DNA of 64,000 nucleotides from Octopus sinensis (taxonomy: Eukaryota), in the NCBI RefSeq assembly GCF_006345805.1, contig NC_043009.1:1922001-1986000 (forward strand), in the 5' to 3' direction. The position numbers and the translations under genes are program-made. Shown piece after piece: positions 1 through 13,057 of the stretch (within the stretch, counting starts at the first letter, position 1; each line of letters opens with the position of its first letter). The notes below the pieces were generated by a model, which ran no database searches, had not been told where the DNA came from, and was given only the letters and a program-made list of their open reading frames with translations.

Positions 1-69
1 GGCGGCAGGTAGCAATCCCTCCACACATGCAAGACTCCGGGTGCTCTAACAAAACCTGTGATAAAAAAG

Positions 70-127
<58 letters not shown>

Positions 128-128
<1 letters not shown>

Positions 129-673
129 TTCACCATTCAAACTGACAGAAAGATAGATGCAAACAGGCCAGTCATCATATTGAAAGACTTCAGACAAAGA
201 ACATGCCTCCTCATTGATATGACTGTCCCAATCGATATAAACGTATCTGTCAAGACCTACCAAAAACTGAGCAAATATAAAGATCTTGAAATAGAAATCA
301 GCAAAATGTGGAACCTGAAGACTAAAACAATACCTGTTGTCATAGGTGCCCTGGGAATGATAGCAAAAGGGGCTGATTGCTACCTAACTCAGATACCAGG
401 AAACCCCAAAATGGCAGAAATTCAAATGATAGTGCTCATGGGAACTGTTCATATCCTACGCAAAATACTCTCTATGTAATCTCAAGGTTTAAAACAAACT
501 TTAAAAAAAAATTTATTTATTAGACATTCACTAGTACAACACAAAAAAACCCCCAAATATATTCCACACTAGGCATAACAACAACGTGAACTTCCAACCT
601 GTTGTCTCTTGAGGTCTCTGGGTGAGACTTGGAGCCAACTTGTACAAACATAAAGCAAAAGTCAAACATAGAG
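128..673 (+). mobile_element. 5'-truncated R4/Dong-type non-LTR retrotransposon (RLE C-terminus plus 3' UTR) within (AAT)n
   Basis: Frame 128-479 reads FTIQTDRKIDANRPVIILKD...LIDMTVP...KLSKYKDLEIEISKMWNLKTKTIPVVIGALG...HILRKILSM*, the restriction-like endonuclease end of R2/R4-group LINEs. It is homologous to 41330-41697. Flanked by (TAA)n 71-127 and (AAT)n 674-803. Confidence 0.85.
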
Positions 674-713
674 AATAATAATAATAATAATAATATAATA
701 ATATATAACAATA

Positions 714-784
<71 letters not shown>

Positions 785-803
785 TAATAATAACAACAAC
801 AAC

Positions 804-1449
804 AATGGTTTCAAATGTTAGCATGAAGCCAGCAGTTTCAGTACTCATCTAGTACTTATTTTATCGACGTAGAAAGGAGGAAAAGCAAAGACGACCTCAC
901 CGGAATTTGAACTCAGAGTGTGAAGACGGATGAAATACCGATAAGCATTTCGCCCGGCGTGCTACCGATTCTGCCAGGTCACCGCCTTAATAATATTAAT
1001 AACCCTTTCTACTAAAGGCACAAAGCCTGGAATTTGGGTAGTTGAGATAGTTGATTACATCGACTCCGAACTCAAATGGTACTTATTTTATCGACCCTGG
1101 TAGAATAAAAGATAAAGTCAACATTGGCGGAATTTGAGCTCAGAATGTAAGGACGGACGAAATGCTGTTAAGCGATTTGCCCAACGCTCTATCAATTCTG
1201 CCAGGTCGCCGCCTTAATAATAGTAATAATAATGGTTTGAAATTTTTACCACAAGGACAGCAATTTTTGGTATGAGGAGATGAGTCAATTACATCGAAAC
1301 CAGTATTTCACTGGTATTTAATTTATCGACCCTGGAAGGATGAGAGGCAAAGTCGAGCTCGGCAGAGTTTGAACTGAGAATGTAGCGACGGGCAAAATAC
1401 CGCTAAGCATTTCCTCCAGCGCGTTAACGATTCTGCCAGCTCGCCGCCT

Positions 1450-1450
<1 letters not shown>
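804..1450 (-). mobile_element. Three tandem family-A tRNA-headed SINE copies (804-988, 1003-1215, 1231-1450)
   Basis: Minus strand shows the head GGCGGCGAGCTGGCAGAATCGTTAG (A-box-like), GAGTTCAAATTCC (B-box-like), the core GACTTTGCCTTTCATCC..GGGGTCGATAAA..AAGTACCAG and an (ATT)n tail. Confidence 0.85.
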
Positions 1451-1508
<58 letters not shown>

Positions 1509-1727
1509 GTAATAATAATAATAATTCTTCGCAGGGTTCTTCAAGCATGACCAGTAAACAAGTGTCATCTTAGTCTGGTGGCTGTGGACAGCTGACACTT
1601 TCCATCATACCCAGCAAAATAAGCTGTGAATTTTCATATAATAATAATGGTGAAGATGATGATGATAATGATGTTGATGATGATGATGCTGATGATAATA
1701 AAATTAATAATGATAATAATAATAATA

Positions 1728-1782
<55 letters not shown>

Positions 1783-1784
<2 letters not shown>

Positions 1785-1978
1785 TGTTTTCAATGGCCAG
1801 AAGCTCAGCAATTACATCGAACCCAGTACTTGACAAGATACTTTATATTGTTGACCCCGAAAGGATGAAAAGCAAAAATTAACTCCAGCAGGATTTGAAC
1901 TCAGTGTGCAACTAAAGAGCCGTAACTAAATGCCGCAATGCATTTTGGTCCTATGACTTCACAGTTCTGCCAGCCCAG
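1783..1978 (-). mobile_element. Degenerate family-A SINE
   Basis: Recognisable gacccc-gaaaggatgaaa-gcaaa and atttgaactcag motifs. Confidence 0.7.
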
Positions 1979-2151
1979 CAACAACAACATCAAAAACAAC
2001 AACAACATCAAAAACAACAACAACAGCAACAACAATAACAACAATAATAATGATGATTAGAACAGTCACAATTAGTATTTAGTATTTATCAGTCATTAGT
2101 AAACTTAATATCATTATCATTGATCACTCGAAAATCATCAACTTCATCTGG

Positions 2152-2182
<31 letters not shown>

Positions 2183-2208
2183 TATTATTATTATTATTAT
2201 CATCATCG

Positions 2209-2292
<84 letters not shown>

Positions 2293-3412
2293 TGTTATTA
2301 TTATTATCATCATTATTAGTCATTATAACAATTCTTCTTGTTCATCTTCTCCTCCTTCAGTTTCTTCATCTTCTTCTTCTTGCTATTATTATCGTTATTA
2401 TAATTAGTACCGTTGTTTATGCGAATTTGTTCTCTTAGAGTTTTGTTGTTTGTCTGTTATCTGTTAGTTAATCATCTTACACATCAATGAACGGGATAAT
2501 ACGAATGTATCTGGCTCCGCTACGAACATTAATTAAGCCTAAAGTAACATCTCGTAATTTATAAAATATATGTATGTATATATGGCTGTATCTATGTATG
2601 TATGCATGTATGAATGTATATACGTATGCCTGTATGTGTGTATGCATGTATGAATACATACACACACTCAGGTGTATGCAGACACACGCAAATACATGAA
2701 TACAAGGATATAAGTGTGTATGTCTGTATACGCAGACGTGAGACTAAGTACATTCGTGTACATGTATATAAGAGATATCTAACATTATCTATGGGGATGT
2801 AACACACACACACACGAATGCACGCACACACACAGACACACGAAAGCACGTACACACATACACACGCACACACACACACGAATGCACGCACACACATACA
2901 CACGTGTATTTTGCATTTGAAATATAAGTATATGTAAGTCTAGATGTATATATGTATGTATGTATATATGGATTTATATATATACATATATATGTGTGTG
3001 TGTATATGGTCATGTATACAGATATTTGTGTGTGTGTGAATGTATATACATACATACATACATACATATATGAATATATAAATATAAACACACACAGATA
3101 TCTATGTAAATAGCGACGTTCACACACCCACAAACATACACATGTATGTGTGTGTGTATGTAAATACAGAAAGAGAGGAAGAAAGGGGAGAAAGAGAGAG
3201 AGAGAGAGCGAGAGAAAGAGAATGAAAGAGAGTCAGTGAGAGTGTGATTAGCAATATGAGTATGTTAGAGTGCGTATATTCTTAAGCGTGTATACACCTA
3301 TCTACCTGCAAGTGTAAATTTGTCATATATATAGATATACACAAACACACACATCTATATATACATGCATAAATGAGTATGTATATATATATATACATAT
3401 ATATATTATATA

Positions 3413-3454
<42 letters not shown>

Positions 3455-4078
3455 CATATACTTAGCACATATTCAACATGAAACGAAAGCGATTCTAAGC
3501 CAACACACCATCCATTGAACAAAAAATAACCATAACAAATTGTAAATCACGAACACACATACATGTACGAGGACACACACAGACACACACGCAAGCACAC
3601 ACACATACTCACACCTACACACACACACTCACATATGTACACACCATAGCCACACGTACACACACCATCATGACCATCACACGCATACACACAGACATAC
3701 CGCACGATGCGTGCAAAGAACGAACAGAGTACGACCTACGGCTTACACAGTTATGCCACACACATACATACACACACATCTACACACACACACACACAAA
3801 CATACATACACACACATCTACACACACACTCACACACAGACACACATAGACTCGCACACACGTACTCGGAAAACCAGGCACTTGCGGCAAAGCGAAAGAA
3901 GCAAAGGTGTTTGTCATCTTTTATTTTATTATTATTTTTTGTATACTTTCCAGAATTAGTTATTGGTCGGGGAAAAATGACATTAATCATTATTGATTAT
4001 AAGTTTTCTGGATGATTTCATCGACGTTTCAAGTCACTGATACACACACACATACACACACACACACACACACAGACG

Positions 4079-4112
<34 letters not shown>

Positions 4113-4243
4113 CACACATATATGTATATATAAGTATGTTTGCATATATATGTGCATATATATAATATATGTATTTATATATATATGTGTATATATATGT
4201 ATATATAGGCATATATATATATATATATGTATATATATACATG

Positions 4244-4313
<70 letters not shown>

Positions 4314-4435
4314 TATATATATATATCATAATGCTTCTTCGTACATCATACACATTTATTCATACAGACACAGAGAAACATTCACAAGCTCATACACATA
4401 CATATGCACACACACACAATATATGTATATGTATG

Positions 4436-4470
<35 letters not shown>
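1979..4470. repeat. Microsatellite cluster (AAC, ATT, CA/TG, TA, TACA)
   Basis: Directly visible simple repeats that account for all ORFs listed here. Confidence 0.95.
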
Positions 4471-4472
<2 letters not shown>

Positions 4473-5069
4473 ATGTACAGTGTTCTTTCATCAAAGCCAT
4501 ATACAAGTAGCATTAGTACACAATTTAACGGTATCAATACATTTTTCGCATATTCTGAAGTCTTGTTACTGTGAAACAATCATTATCAACAACAACAACA
4601 ACAACAAGAACAACAAAACAACAATACCAACATACATTCAAATACATTCAAACATGAATATACATACGTAGAAACACACTTACACATGCATATGCGTATG
4701 AAAAGTCTTCAGCTTAAAAAAAACATGGTACAAGACTCCTGACGAAGGTACAAGTCTCCAAGGCTCAAAGTCCTTGAAATTTCAAAATGTTTAAATACAC
4801 CCCTCGTACATAGGTATATGTAGAAAAATCGATAGATATATGAGTGAGCAAGCCTATAGGTAGAATTCGAAACCCCGGTCGATTATTTGATCCCTTCAAG
4901 ATACTTGTCTTTCCATATAGCATAATGTCACACTATCAGTGAATGCGCAGAGTTCATGAATGTCCTTTTGCATAACATTATTTCAATACATCCACACACT
5001 TACACACGAAGTTACACATATCTATATATTAGTATCCGTTACTATATATATATATATATACATATATAT

Positions 5070-5295
5070 TGGTAAAAGCGGTAAGATACCAAAAGAAAGA
5101 AAGAGACCTCAATATTATGTAAATAGAGGGAATTTATCTGTAAATGTAATATGTGACAATTATTCGGTAGCCAAGATAAAACTCTGAGTTTCGGATGCCG
5201 AAGTGGAAATCCACACCAAGAGATGGTGGTGTGGATTTCCACCTCGGCATCCGAAACTCAGAGTTTTATCTTGGATACCGAATAATTGTCACCTA
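5070..5295. repeat. Fold-back element with 66-bp inverted arms, probably a Penelope-like terminal fragment
   Basis: 5153-5218 and 5227-5292 are reverse complements (64/66) around an 8-nt spacer. Confidence 0.8.
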
Positions 5296-5361
5296 TATTT
5301 ACAGATATATATATATTGAGACATATATATATATGTGTGTATTTATTTATATAAGTTTCAT

Positions 5362-5750
5362 TCTTTATTTTTTTTACTTGTTCCAGTCATTTGACTGCAG
5401 CCAGGCTGGAGCACCACCTTTAGTCGAACAATTCGACCCCAGGACTTATTCTTTGGAAGCCTAGTACTTCTATCTGTCTCTTTTGCTGAACCGCTAGATC
5501 ACGGGGACTGCTAAGTTACACACCACCATAGGTTGTCAAGCGATGGCGGAGGGATAATCACAGACACACAAATGCATATATATATATACGCACGCCGGGA
5601 GTCTTTCAGTTTCCATCTAATAAATCCACTCACAAGGCTTTTGTTGGCCCGAAGTTACAGTAGAAGACACTTGACTAAGGTGCCACGCAGTGGGATTCAA
5701 TCCGGAACCATATGGTTGGGAAGCAAGCTTCTTACCTCACCGCCACTCCT
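5362..5750 (-). mobile_element. Family-B tRNA/CORE-like SINE
   Basis: Head AGGAGTGGC..GGTAAG..GGTT..ATCCCACTGCGTGGCACCTT, CORE-like block, internal (TA)n, and a tail resembling GGTGCTCCAGC..CAGTCAAATGACTG. Confidence 0.85.
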
Positions 5751-6182
5751 GTTCCTGTATATGTATATAACCAATTATATATACATATACCTCTGTATAT
5801 CTATGTATCTGAATATGCGTATAGCTATTCAAAGTACGTGTGCATACGTTGAAAACCTATATACATATACATTCAGAAATAACGAATATCATGGATAAAT
5901 GACCGCAATCCCAACATTCCCCTGAAACGAGACTGGAGCAACGTAATATAAAGTGTTTTGCTCAAGATCCCAGCGTACCGTCCGGGCCGTGAATGGAAAC
6001 CTTTCTAATAATGCTAATACGAAAGTGAAACATTGAAGACGTTATTCGCATTTGAAGGAATGTTTGAGTGAAAGAATTTCGTACACGATATAAACCGGAC
6101 ACTAAAATGCCATAAATGGATGGAAGAATTAAATCATATATCCTGATATAATGTATTTCGTTTTTCTCTTATTTATAGAGTA

Positions 6183-6725
6183 CTAGCTGAATAGCCAGCG
6201 TGGCCAGGCAATTTTTACAATAGAATGTCATATATATTTTTGTTTATTCTATGTCAGAGCATGCCTTTCTCGACAGGTAGGCCTCTTGATTAGGACAGAC
6301 TTGTACAATTTTTCGCCAAAAAATTTCGTTAAAGATTTGTTTCCTTTATAAATAATTTACATGTCTGTTCGACTGTTTCACATGACTATATTCATTAGAA
6401 CTTCGGAAGTTCTTACAACTTTGGTCGTCATAATGTTTTACTTTCGTTTGTTTAATAAAAATTCCTCCAGCGAATGATTTTGCTTTCATTTCGTGATAGA
6501 CAGATTTCATGCAGGAAATGTCAACTCCCAAATCCTGTTTTCTGATTAGGTAAAATTGATTAAACTTTAAATCTCAGTAACATTTTTCTGCAATTTTTAT
6601 GAAACAAATAATAAAATAGGATTTAACGTAAGAATTTTTTCAATATACCAAATTTGGAAATTTTGACGTCATTTTAAAATCTCACAATGTGACAGTAACA
6701 AGGAAGACCCTATAAGAGTGGAGAG
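6183..6725 (-). mobile_element. Old non-autonomous Helitron-like element
   Basis: Minus-strand 3' end GCCTGGCCACGCTGGCTATTCAGCTAG|T resembles the clean Helitron end at 43067. The 5' end is uncertain. Confidence 0.4.
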
Positions 6726-7524
6726 ACAGAGAGTTAAAGGGCGACACACACACAATCACACTCACAAACACATACACATACACACACGCACACACGGGTT
6801 TTAAACCACGAGTTTAAAATGGTGTATAAAAGACGTATGTATGTACGTACATATTTATGTATCTATGTATAAATACATAAATATATATATATATACATGT
6901 GTGTGTGTGTGAGTGTGTGCATGTGTGTGTGTAAGTGTATGTGTTGTATCTATATATTTACGAAATAATGCATGCAGCATCGCGTGTATATGACAGCTGT
7001 TTTAACATTGCCACCCCAATGCCACGCTGCTTCCATATACCAAACTTTCAGAAGGAATTGATCAGCCCAGCGCTATACTGAAAGATACTTTCCGTGCACG
7101 CACGCATCCTCCTCACATAAGAATACACATAGGCACAGAAATATATTTACATATGAACGTTGAATGTTGTCGCACGATCAATGATGGACTGTTCAATAAA
7201 TACTGTAGAATGTATGATTTATAGAAACTGAATTTTTCATTACGAGTTTCATACTACGGCGATCTTAAGGCGAGTACTCCCGAAGCAGCATGCTATGCTG
7301 TGGAACTAGAGTCGCCAGATAAAAACTATAATTCAGTTTCTATAATGTATGACCTATCTATTTACACACACACGCGCACGCACACCATATTAACTACATT
7401 CAGAGGAACTGCTGAAGAGGGATTCTTGCCTTTCCAGGGGCAAATTACGATGTACATATGATGTATACTTCCTTTAATCCAGAATCCTATCACAATATAT
7501 AATATTCCATATACATATATATAT

Positions 7525-7575
<51 letters not shown>

Positions 7576-7889
7576 CGTGCGTACATACATATATATATAT
7601 ATGCACCGCCCCATATATATCTATATCTATATATAGGAATATGCAGCCTTCGAAACATATGTCGAGAATAAAGGAATTTTGTTAATTCGTCGTTCAACTC
7701 CATTCTTTCATTTATTTGTATTTAAAAAAACACACAAATTTCCACACGAAAGCACGTGATCTCTGCCCTTGGCATGTAGCTTCAACCGTGTTTTTCTGAC
7801 GTGAATTTGCTACACAGGTATCGGTTAACCGAATTATCCATAATAAGATAATTCATTCACCTACTCAATATATATATATATATATATAC

Positions 7890-8392
7890 ATGTGTGTGTT
7901 TGTGTATGTGTATGAATGTTGTGTACGAATTTGTATGCGGTGTGTGTGCGTGTGTGTGGTACATGCCTGCGTCTACAATGACGTTATCAGGACCAATTTT
8001 AAACGACGTTCGACCCATTGTGATCGTCACCTCTTTGCAGCAGCAGCGACGACAATTTCCTTTATCATCGTCTTCCCCTTTGTCGCCGTCATCGTCGTCG
8101 TTGTCGTCGTCATCATCATCGTCATCATCATTCTCATCTCTTTACCGTCTTCTGCCAACATCACCAATGCCCATGTTGCCTACGTTTCCGTCCGTCCTCC
8201 TTCTCCTCCTTCTCTTCATCATCATCTCCAATCTCATCATCCTCATAACCATTATGTCACCATCATCATCATCATCATCATAGCTATCATGTTGCTGTCA
8301 TCGTCATTATAACTATCATGTTGCCATAATCATGATTATCATCATCATCATCATCATCATCATCCATATTTATCATTATCATCATCATTAAT

Positions 8393-8424
<32 letters not shown>

Positions 8425-8640
8425 TATTTATCATTATCATCATCATTAATATCGTCATCATCATCATCATCATCATCACCATCATCATCGTCATTTTCAT
8501 CATCATCTCCAGTCTCATCGTCATCATAGCCATCATGTCACCACCATCACCACCACCAACAACAACCACAACAACTGCAGCAGCAGCATCAACAATGTAT
8601 TATACAACAACATCAACGTCGAAAGCAATTCACTGAATTA
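7890..8640. repeat. (TG)n and compound (CAT/CGT/CAC)n microsatellite
   Basis: Visible repeats. Confidence 0.9.
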
Positions 8641-8688
8641 CAGCACTAACACCGCTGGTATAATTGCTGATAGTAAATGTTGAGTGTG

Positions 8689-9022
8689 GAGGCACAATGG
8701 CCCAGTGGTTAGAGTAGCGGACTCGCGATCGTAGGATCACTGTTTCGATTTCCGGACCTGGCCTTGTGAGTGTTTACTGAGCGAAAACACCTGAAGCTCC
8801 TCGAGGCACCAGCAGGGGGTCGTGGCGAACTCTGCTGCACTCTTATTTCCACAATTTCTCTCATTCCTACTTCCTGTTTCTGTTGTACCTGTATTTCGAA
8901 GGGACCAGCCTTGTCACACTCTGTGTCACACTGAATCTCCCCCGAGAATCATGTTAAGGGTACACGTGTCGGTGGAGTACTCAGCCATGTTAATTTCAAG
9001 AGCAGGCTGTTTCGTTGATTAG
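8689..9022 (+). mobile_element. Family-C tRNA-headed SINE with tail type 1
   Basis: GGCACAATGGCCCAGTGGTTAGAG (A box), GTTTCGATTTCC (B box), then the tail CTTGTCACACTCTGTGTCAC..AAGGGTACACGTGTC. Confidence 0.85.
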
Positions 9023-9035
9023 AACTCATTTCTTG

Positions 9036-9660
9036 TCACCAGTCATTGTTTCGTCCCCCAAAAAGTTTCATTCGTGAGACGTGACAGCAACGAAGGGTAC
9101 ACATTCGCTCTCTGCGCGCGATTTGACTCGGAAAGTTTGTGAAGAACCCATTGACCCAATTTGCTGACTTTTCCAATGGCACCAGGTGTTGACGAATGGC
9201 TGAATGATCAAATCCTAGTTTCCCTTCTACTTCCTCAACAGTTACGACGGGATTTTGTTCCACCAGGCTTTGCAGGACATCCTCGTCGAGTTCTACAGAT
9301 CTGGGACGCGGCTCGTCTTCTCGGCTGTAGTTTCCAACTCGGAATGTCTGGAACCACCGTTTACACTAGCTTACGTTTATTGTCCGATCCCCATTAATAT
9401 TCCTCGCACTTTCCGTTGCGTTGTTGCCTTTATTGAACCCATAAAGCAGAATTTGACGAATATGCTCCTTTGTCACTTGCATTCTAGCTTTGAAAAAAAA
9501 ACTGTTAAAATCGAACTGCACTCTTCAAAACTTGCACTAAGAATAAGTACAAAGTAAAATTAATACCTGCTTTTATAGAAAGTTGATGCAGGTAGTCTAT
9601 CCTCCTCCGACTTTTAGTTCATGCAATTGAACAACCCGCATTATTTATGGGATGACCCAA
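9036..9660 (-). mobile_element. Mariner transposon, left TIR plus N-terminal transposase pseudogene
   Basis: ATG at 9482(-) gives MQVTKEHIRQILLYGFNKGNNATESARNI..*CKRWFQTFRVGNYSREDEPR..LVEQNPVVTVEEVEGKLGFDHSAIRQHL, the mariner paired-HTH region, with a stop and a frameshift. TIR TTGGGTCATCCCATAAATAATGCGG ends at 9660 next to TA. Confidence 0.85.
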
Positions 9661-10479
9661 TATATATATATACACTCATACATACACATAAAACACACAT
9701 ATATACATATATACCTACAGCAAATAAAAATGCATATATTTGATGTGCTTTGTTCTGGTTCCATTGTTCACATTAACAAACCGCTATACGCACACATGCA
9801 TTCATACATACATGGATGCATATATGCATATACTTGTTTATATGTGGGCATGAATGCATAACATAAACACACACACATACACACACACATATATATATAT
9901 ATATATGTATATATATCATACTGACACGTACGTATTTTTATACGCACACATGAAAACACACACACACACACATCAGACAAATACGCACACACATTAAAGC
10001 ACATTCTGAAATAAAATTCACACACACACACACACACACACACGGACAAATACACACACACACACACACAGACAAGTACGCACATATACATACATAGAGA
10101 GGCATGCACGGTGAGCTCCCAAATACGCAAGCGACACGAAACACCACCAGACATATACAAGCAATCACAGGCGAACACATACGCACAAATACGCATGCGC
10201 TCGCTTACACGCACGCTATTTACAACAACACACTCCCCCACACACTTAAATACATACAGTCTCACAAGCACACACGCACACAAGCAAACAGAAACACACA
10301 CACACACAATTATACGCATAGAGATTTATCACTTACAATTAGGTTTCAATTAGGCGGTAATGCGACTTTTGATTGATATTTCGTCCTTGGACATGGCTTG
10401 CCTGTCAAGCAGAATCGATTACCTACCTTGGTGTTGTTGGTGTTAACGCTGGTGGCGCTGTAATTGCTGTTGCAGCTTT

Positions 10480-10982
10480 CCGTGTTGTTGTTGTTGTTGA
10501 TATTGTTGATGTTGCTTCTGTTTCTTGTTTCTTGTTTCTTTCTCTCGGCGACGATGACAACGACAACGACAACGACGGGATGAACATGTCATTGCGATAA
10601 TAATTACGCTGGTTGGTGTATAATAACGATAATGATAACAGTAGTGCGGGAGGGGGTGATGCTGGTCGTGGTGTGATGGTGGTGATGGTGGTGATGGTGA
10701 TGCTGCTGGTGGTGGTGGTGGTGGTGGCGGCAGCGCCGGTGGTGTCGATGATGGCGTTGGTGGTGGTGGTGGTGGTGGTTATGAAAATATTAATGATGAC
10801 GTTGGTTGACGATGATGAAGATAACGGCAACGACGATACGACGACGACGACTATGATGATGGTGATGATGAAGATAATGATGATGGTGATGATGATGATG
10901 GTGATGATGATGGTGATGATGATGATGATGATGATGATGTTGATGGTGATGGTGATGATGATGATGATGAAGATGATGATGG

Positions 10983-11035
<53 letters not shown>

Positions 11036-11072
11036 GCGAGGATGATGATGATGAAGATAATGATGATGATGG

Positions 11073-11124
<52 letters not shown>

Positions 11125-11131
11125 GAAGATA

Positions 11132-11164
<33 letters not shown>

Positions 11165-11574
11165 GCGAGGATGATGATGATGAAGATAATGATGATGATG
11201 ATGATGATGATGATGGCGAGGATGATGATGATGAAGATAATGATGATGATGATGATGATGATGAAGATAATGATGATGATGATGATGATGATGATGGCGA
11301 GGATGATGATAATGATAATGATGACGATAATGGGCATAATGATGTTGAAAACGATGGCGACGATGATGATTGTAGTGGAAATGATGTCGATGACGATGAT
11401 GACGATAATGACGATGATTTTAACGTCCATGACGACGACGACTACGACGATGATGACGATAATGATAATGATGGCGACAACGGCGATAAGGAAGGATAAC
11501 GTGGATGTTGACGACAATAAAGATGCTGGTGATGATGACGATGATGATGATGATGATGATAAGGATGATGAGGT

Positions 11575-11631
<57 letters not shown>

Positions 11632-11800
11632 CGAAGATGATGACAATGATGATTGTGGTGATGATAATGATGACGATGTGATTGTGGTGGTGCTGTTGAT
11701 GACGGTGATGATCATGATAATGATAATGATGATGACGACGATGGTGATGATGATGCTGTTGATGTTGACATTGCTTGTGTTTATTGCTTTTGACATAACA
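10480..11800. repeat. ~1.3-kb compound (GAT/GAC/GGT)n microsatellite with higher-order units
   Basis: Visible. It produces the spurious 462-aa and 402-aa ORFs. Confidence 0.95.
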
Positions 11801-12496
11801 GTTCTTTCCAAGATGCCTTAAGAGTAATTAAAGTAGAAACGTGTGTAAGTTAAAGCAATAAAATGGAGGGAAAAAAGCACACACAACACACGCGCAAAGC
11901 AACAACAACAACAAGAAGCAAGAAACCAGCCAGCCGACCGTTCGACCGACCAACCAGCCAACCACCGAGTCAGCCAAAGAAACAAACAAAAAAAACAAAG
12001 TCGTATCTTCACAAAACCAAGCAATCTATAAAGTAGAAAACATATTTACGACGAATGTATCAATTTACAGATAAATTAGACAAGAAATATTATATAAAAT
12101 TATAAACGAGGCGTATTCTTCTGCTAATTAAATAATTGTTTCTTATCTAAGCTATAAAACCTAGGGTGTTTTTAACGGAGTATGCATGTACGTTTTATTA
12201 TAATGATTGGTGCCGTGGCAACGCGCTTTTCGCATTACGTGCTCTCTTCTTCAAGTAATTTCAGTGGGTTCGAGAAACAGTTTATGGATGTCTCTCTTTT
12301 TTTTTTGTTTTAACACTGAGTAATATAATTCAAAGTATAAGCTTATAAATTCCAGCTGAAAAGGGAAAATTGTTTTAGGTGCGCGACCTGTGTTACGTAG
12401 AAGCTAGATGTCCCTTAAATTACATATTAGGATCCTATGCTGTCGCTTTCAAACACGCCAGTATCTTAAGGAATGGAGGGGCGCAGCAGGTGCAAT

Positions 12497-12543
<47 letters not shown>

Positions 12544-12579
12544 TAATATGTATATATACATACACACACACACACACAC

Positions 12580-12622
<43 letters not shown>

Positions 12623-12713
12623 TATATAAATTAAAAGAAAGGATACACACATCTCATTTCTGATCACAGACATTTTCGATCGAAATTCTACTACTACTAC
12701 TATTACTTCTACA

Positions 12714-12799
<86 letters not shown>

Positions 12800-12869
12800 C
12801 AGTATAACCAGTATTACTTGCGTGACAAGACGATACTTTAGTTCTATATTTAAGAGATGAGGAATTATG

Positions 12870-12973
12870 TACATTATTTACATTCGACAGCTGTAGTGGT
12901 TAAGAGCGCGGGCTACTAACCCCAAGATTCCAAGTTCGATACAAAGCCGTGACCTGAACAACAACACCAACAA

Positions 12974-13008
<35 letters not shown>

Positions 13009-13019
13009 TACTACTACTA

Positions 13020-13057
<38 letters not shown>

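Noticed and set aside
4734-4790. CTGACGA-AGG...CCTT-GAAA hammerhead-like string
   Set aside because: Stem II is imperfect and no stem I partner for GACTC or valid stem III/NUH follows. It could be a decayed PLE end but is unsupported.
6664-6671. Other perfect CRE sites TGACGTCA (6664, 16378, 23433)
   Set aside because: Two lie inside transposon remnants, and an isolated 8-mer is not evidence of regulation.
8689-8760. tRNA-gene-like sequences at SINE heads (also 12890, 20244, 22914, 51340)
   Set aside because: A and B boxes are present but there is no complete acceptor stem, and each is fused to a SINE body. Not called as tRNA genes.
10423-11821. 462-aa and 402-aa ORFs on opposite strands
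   Set aside because: These are pure (GAT)n/(ATC)n translations (poly-M/D/I/S). Triplet repeats lack stops by construction.
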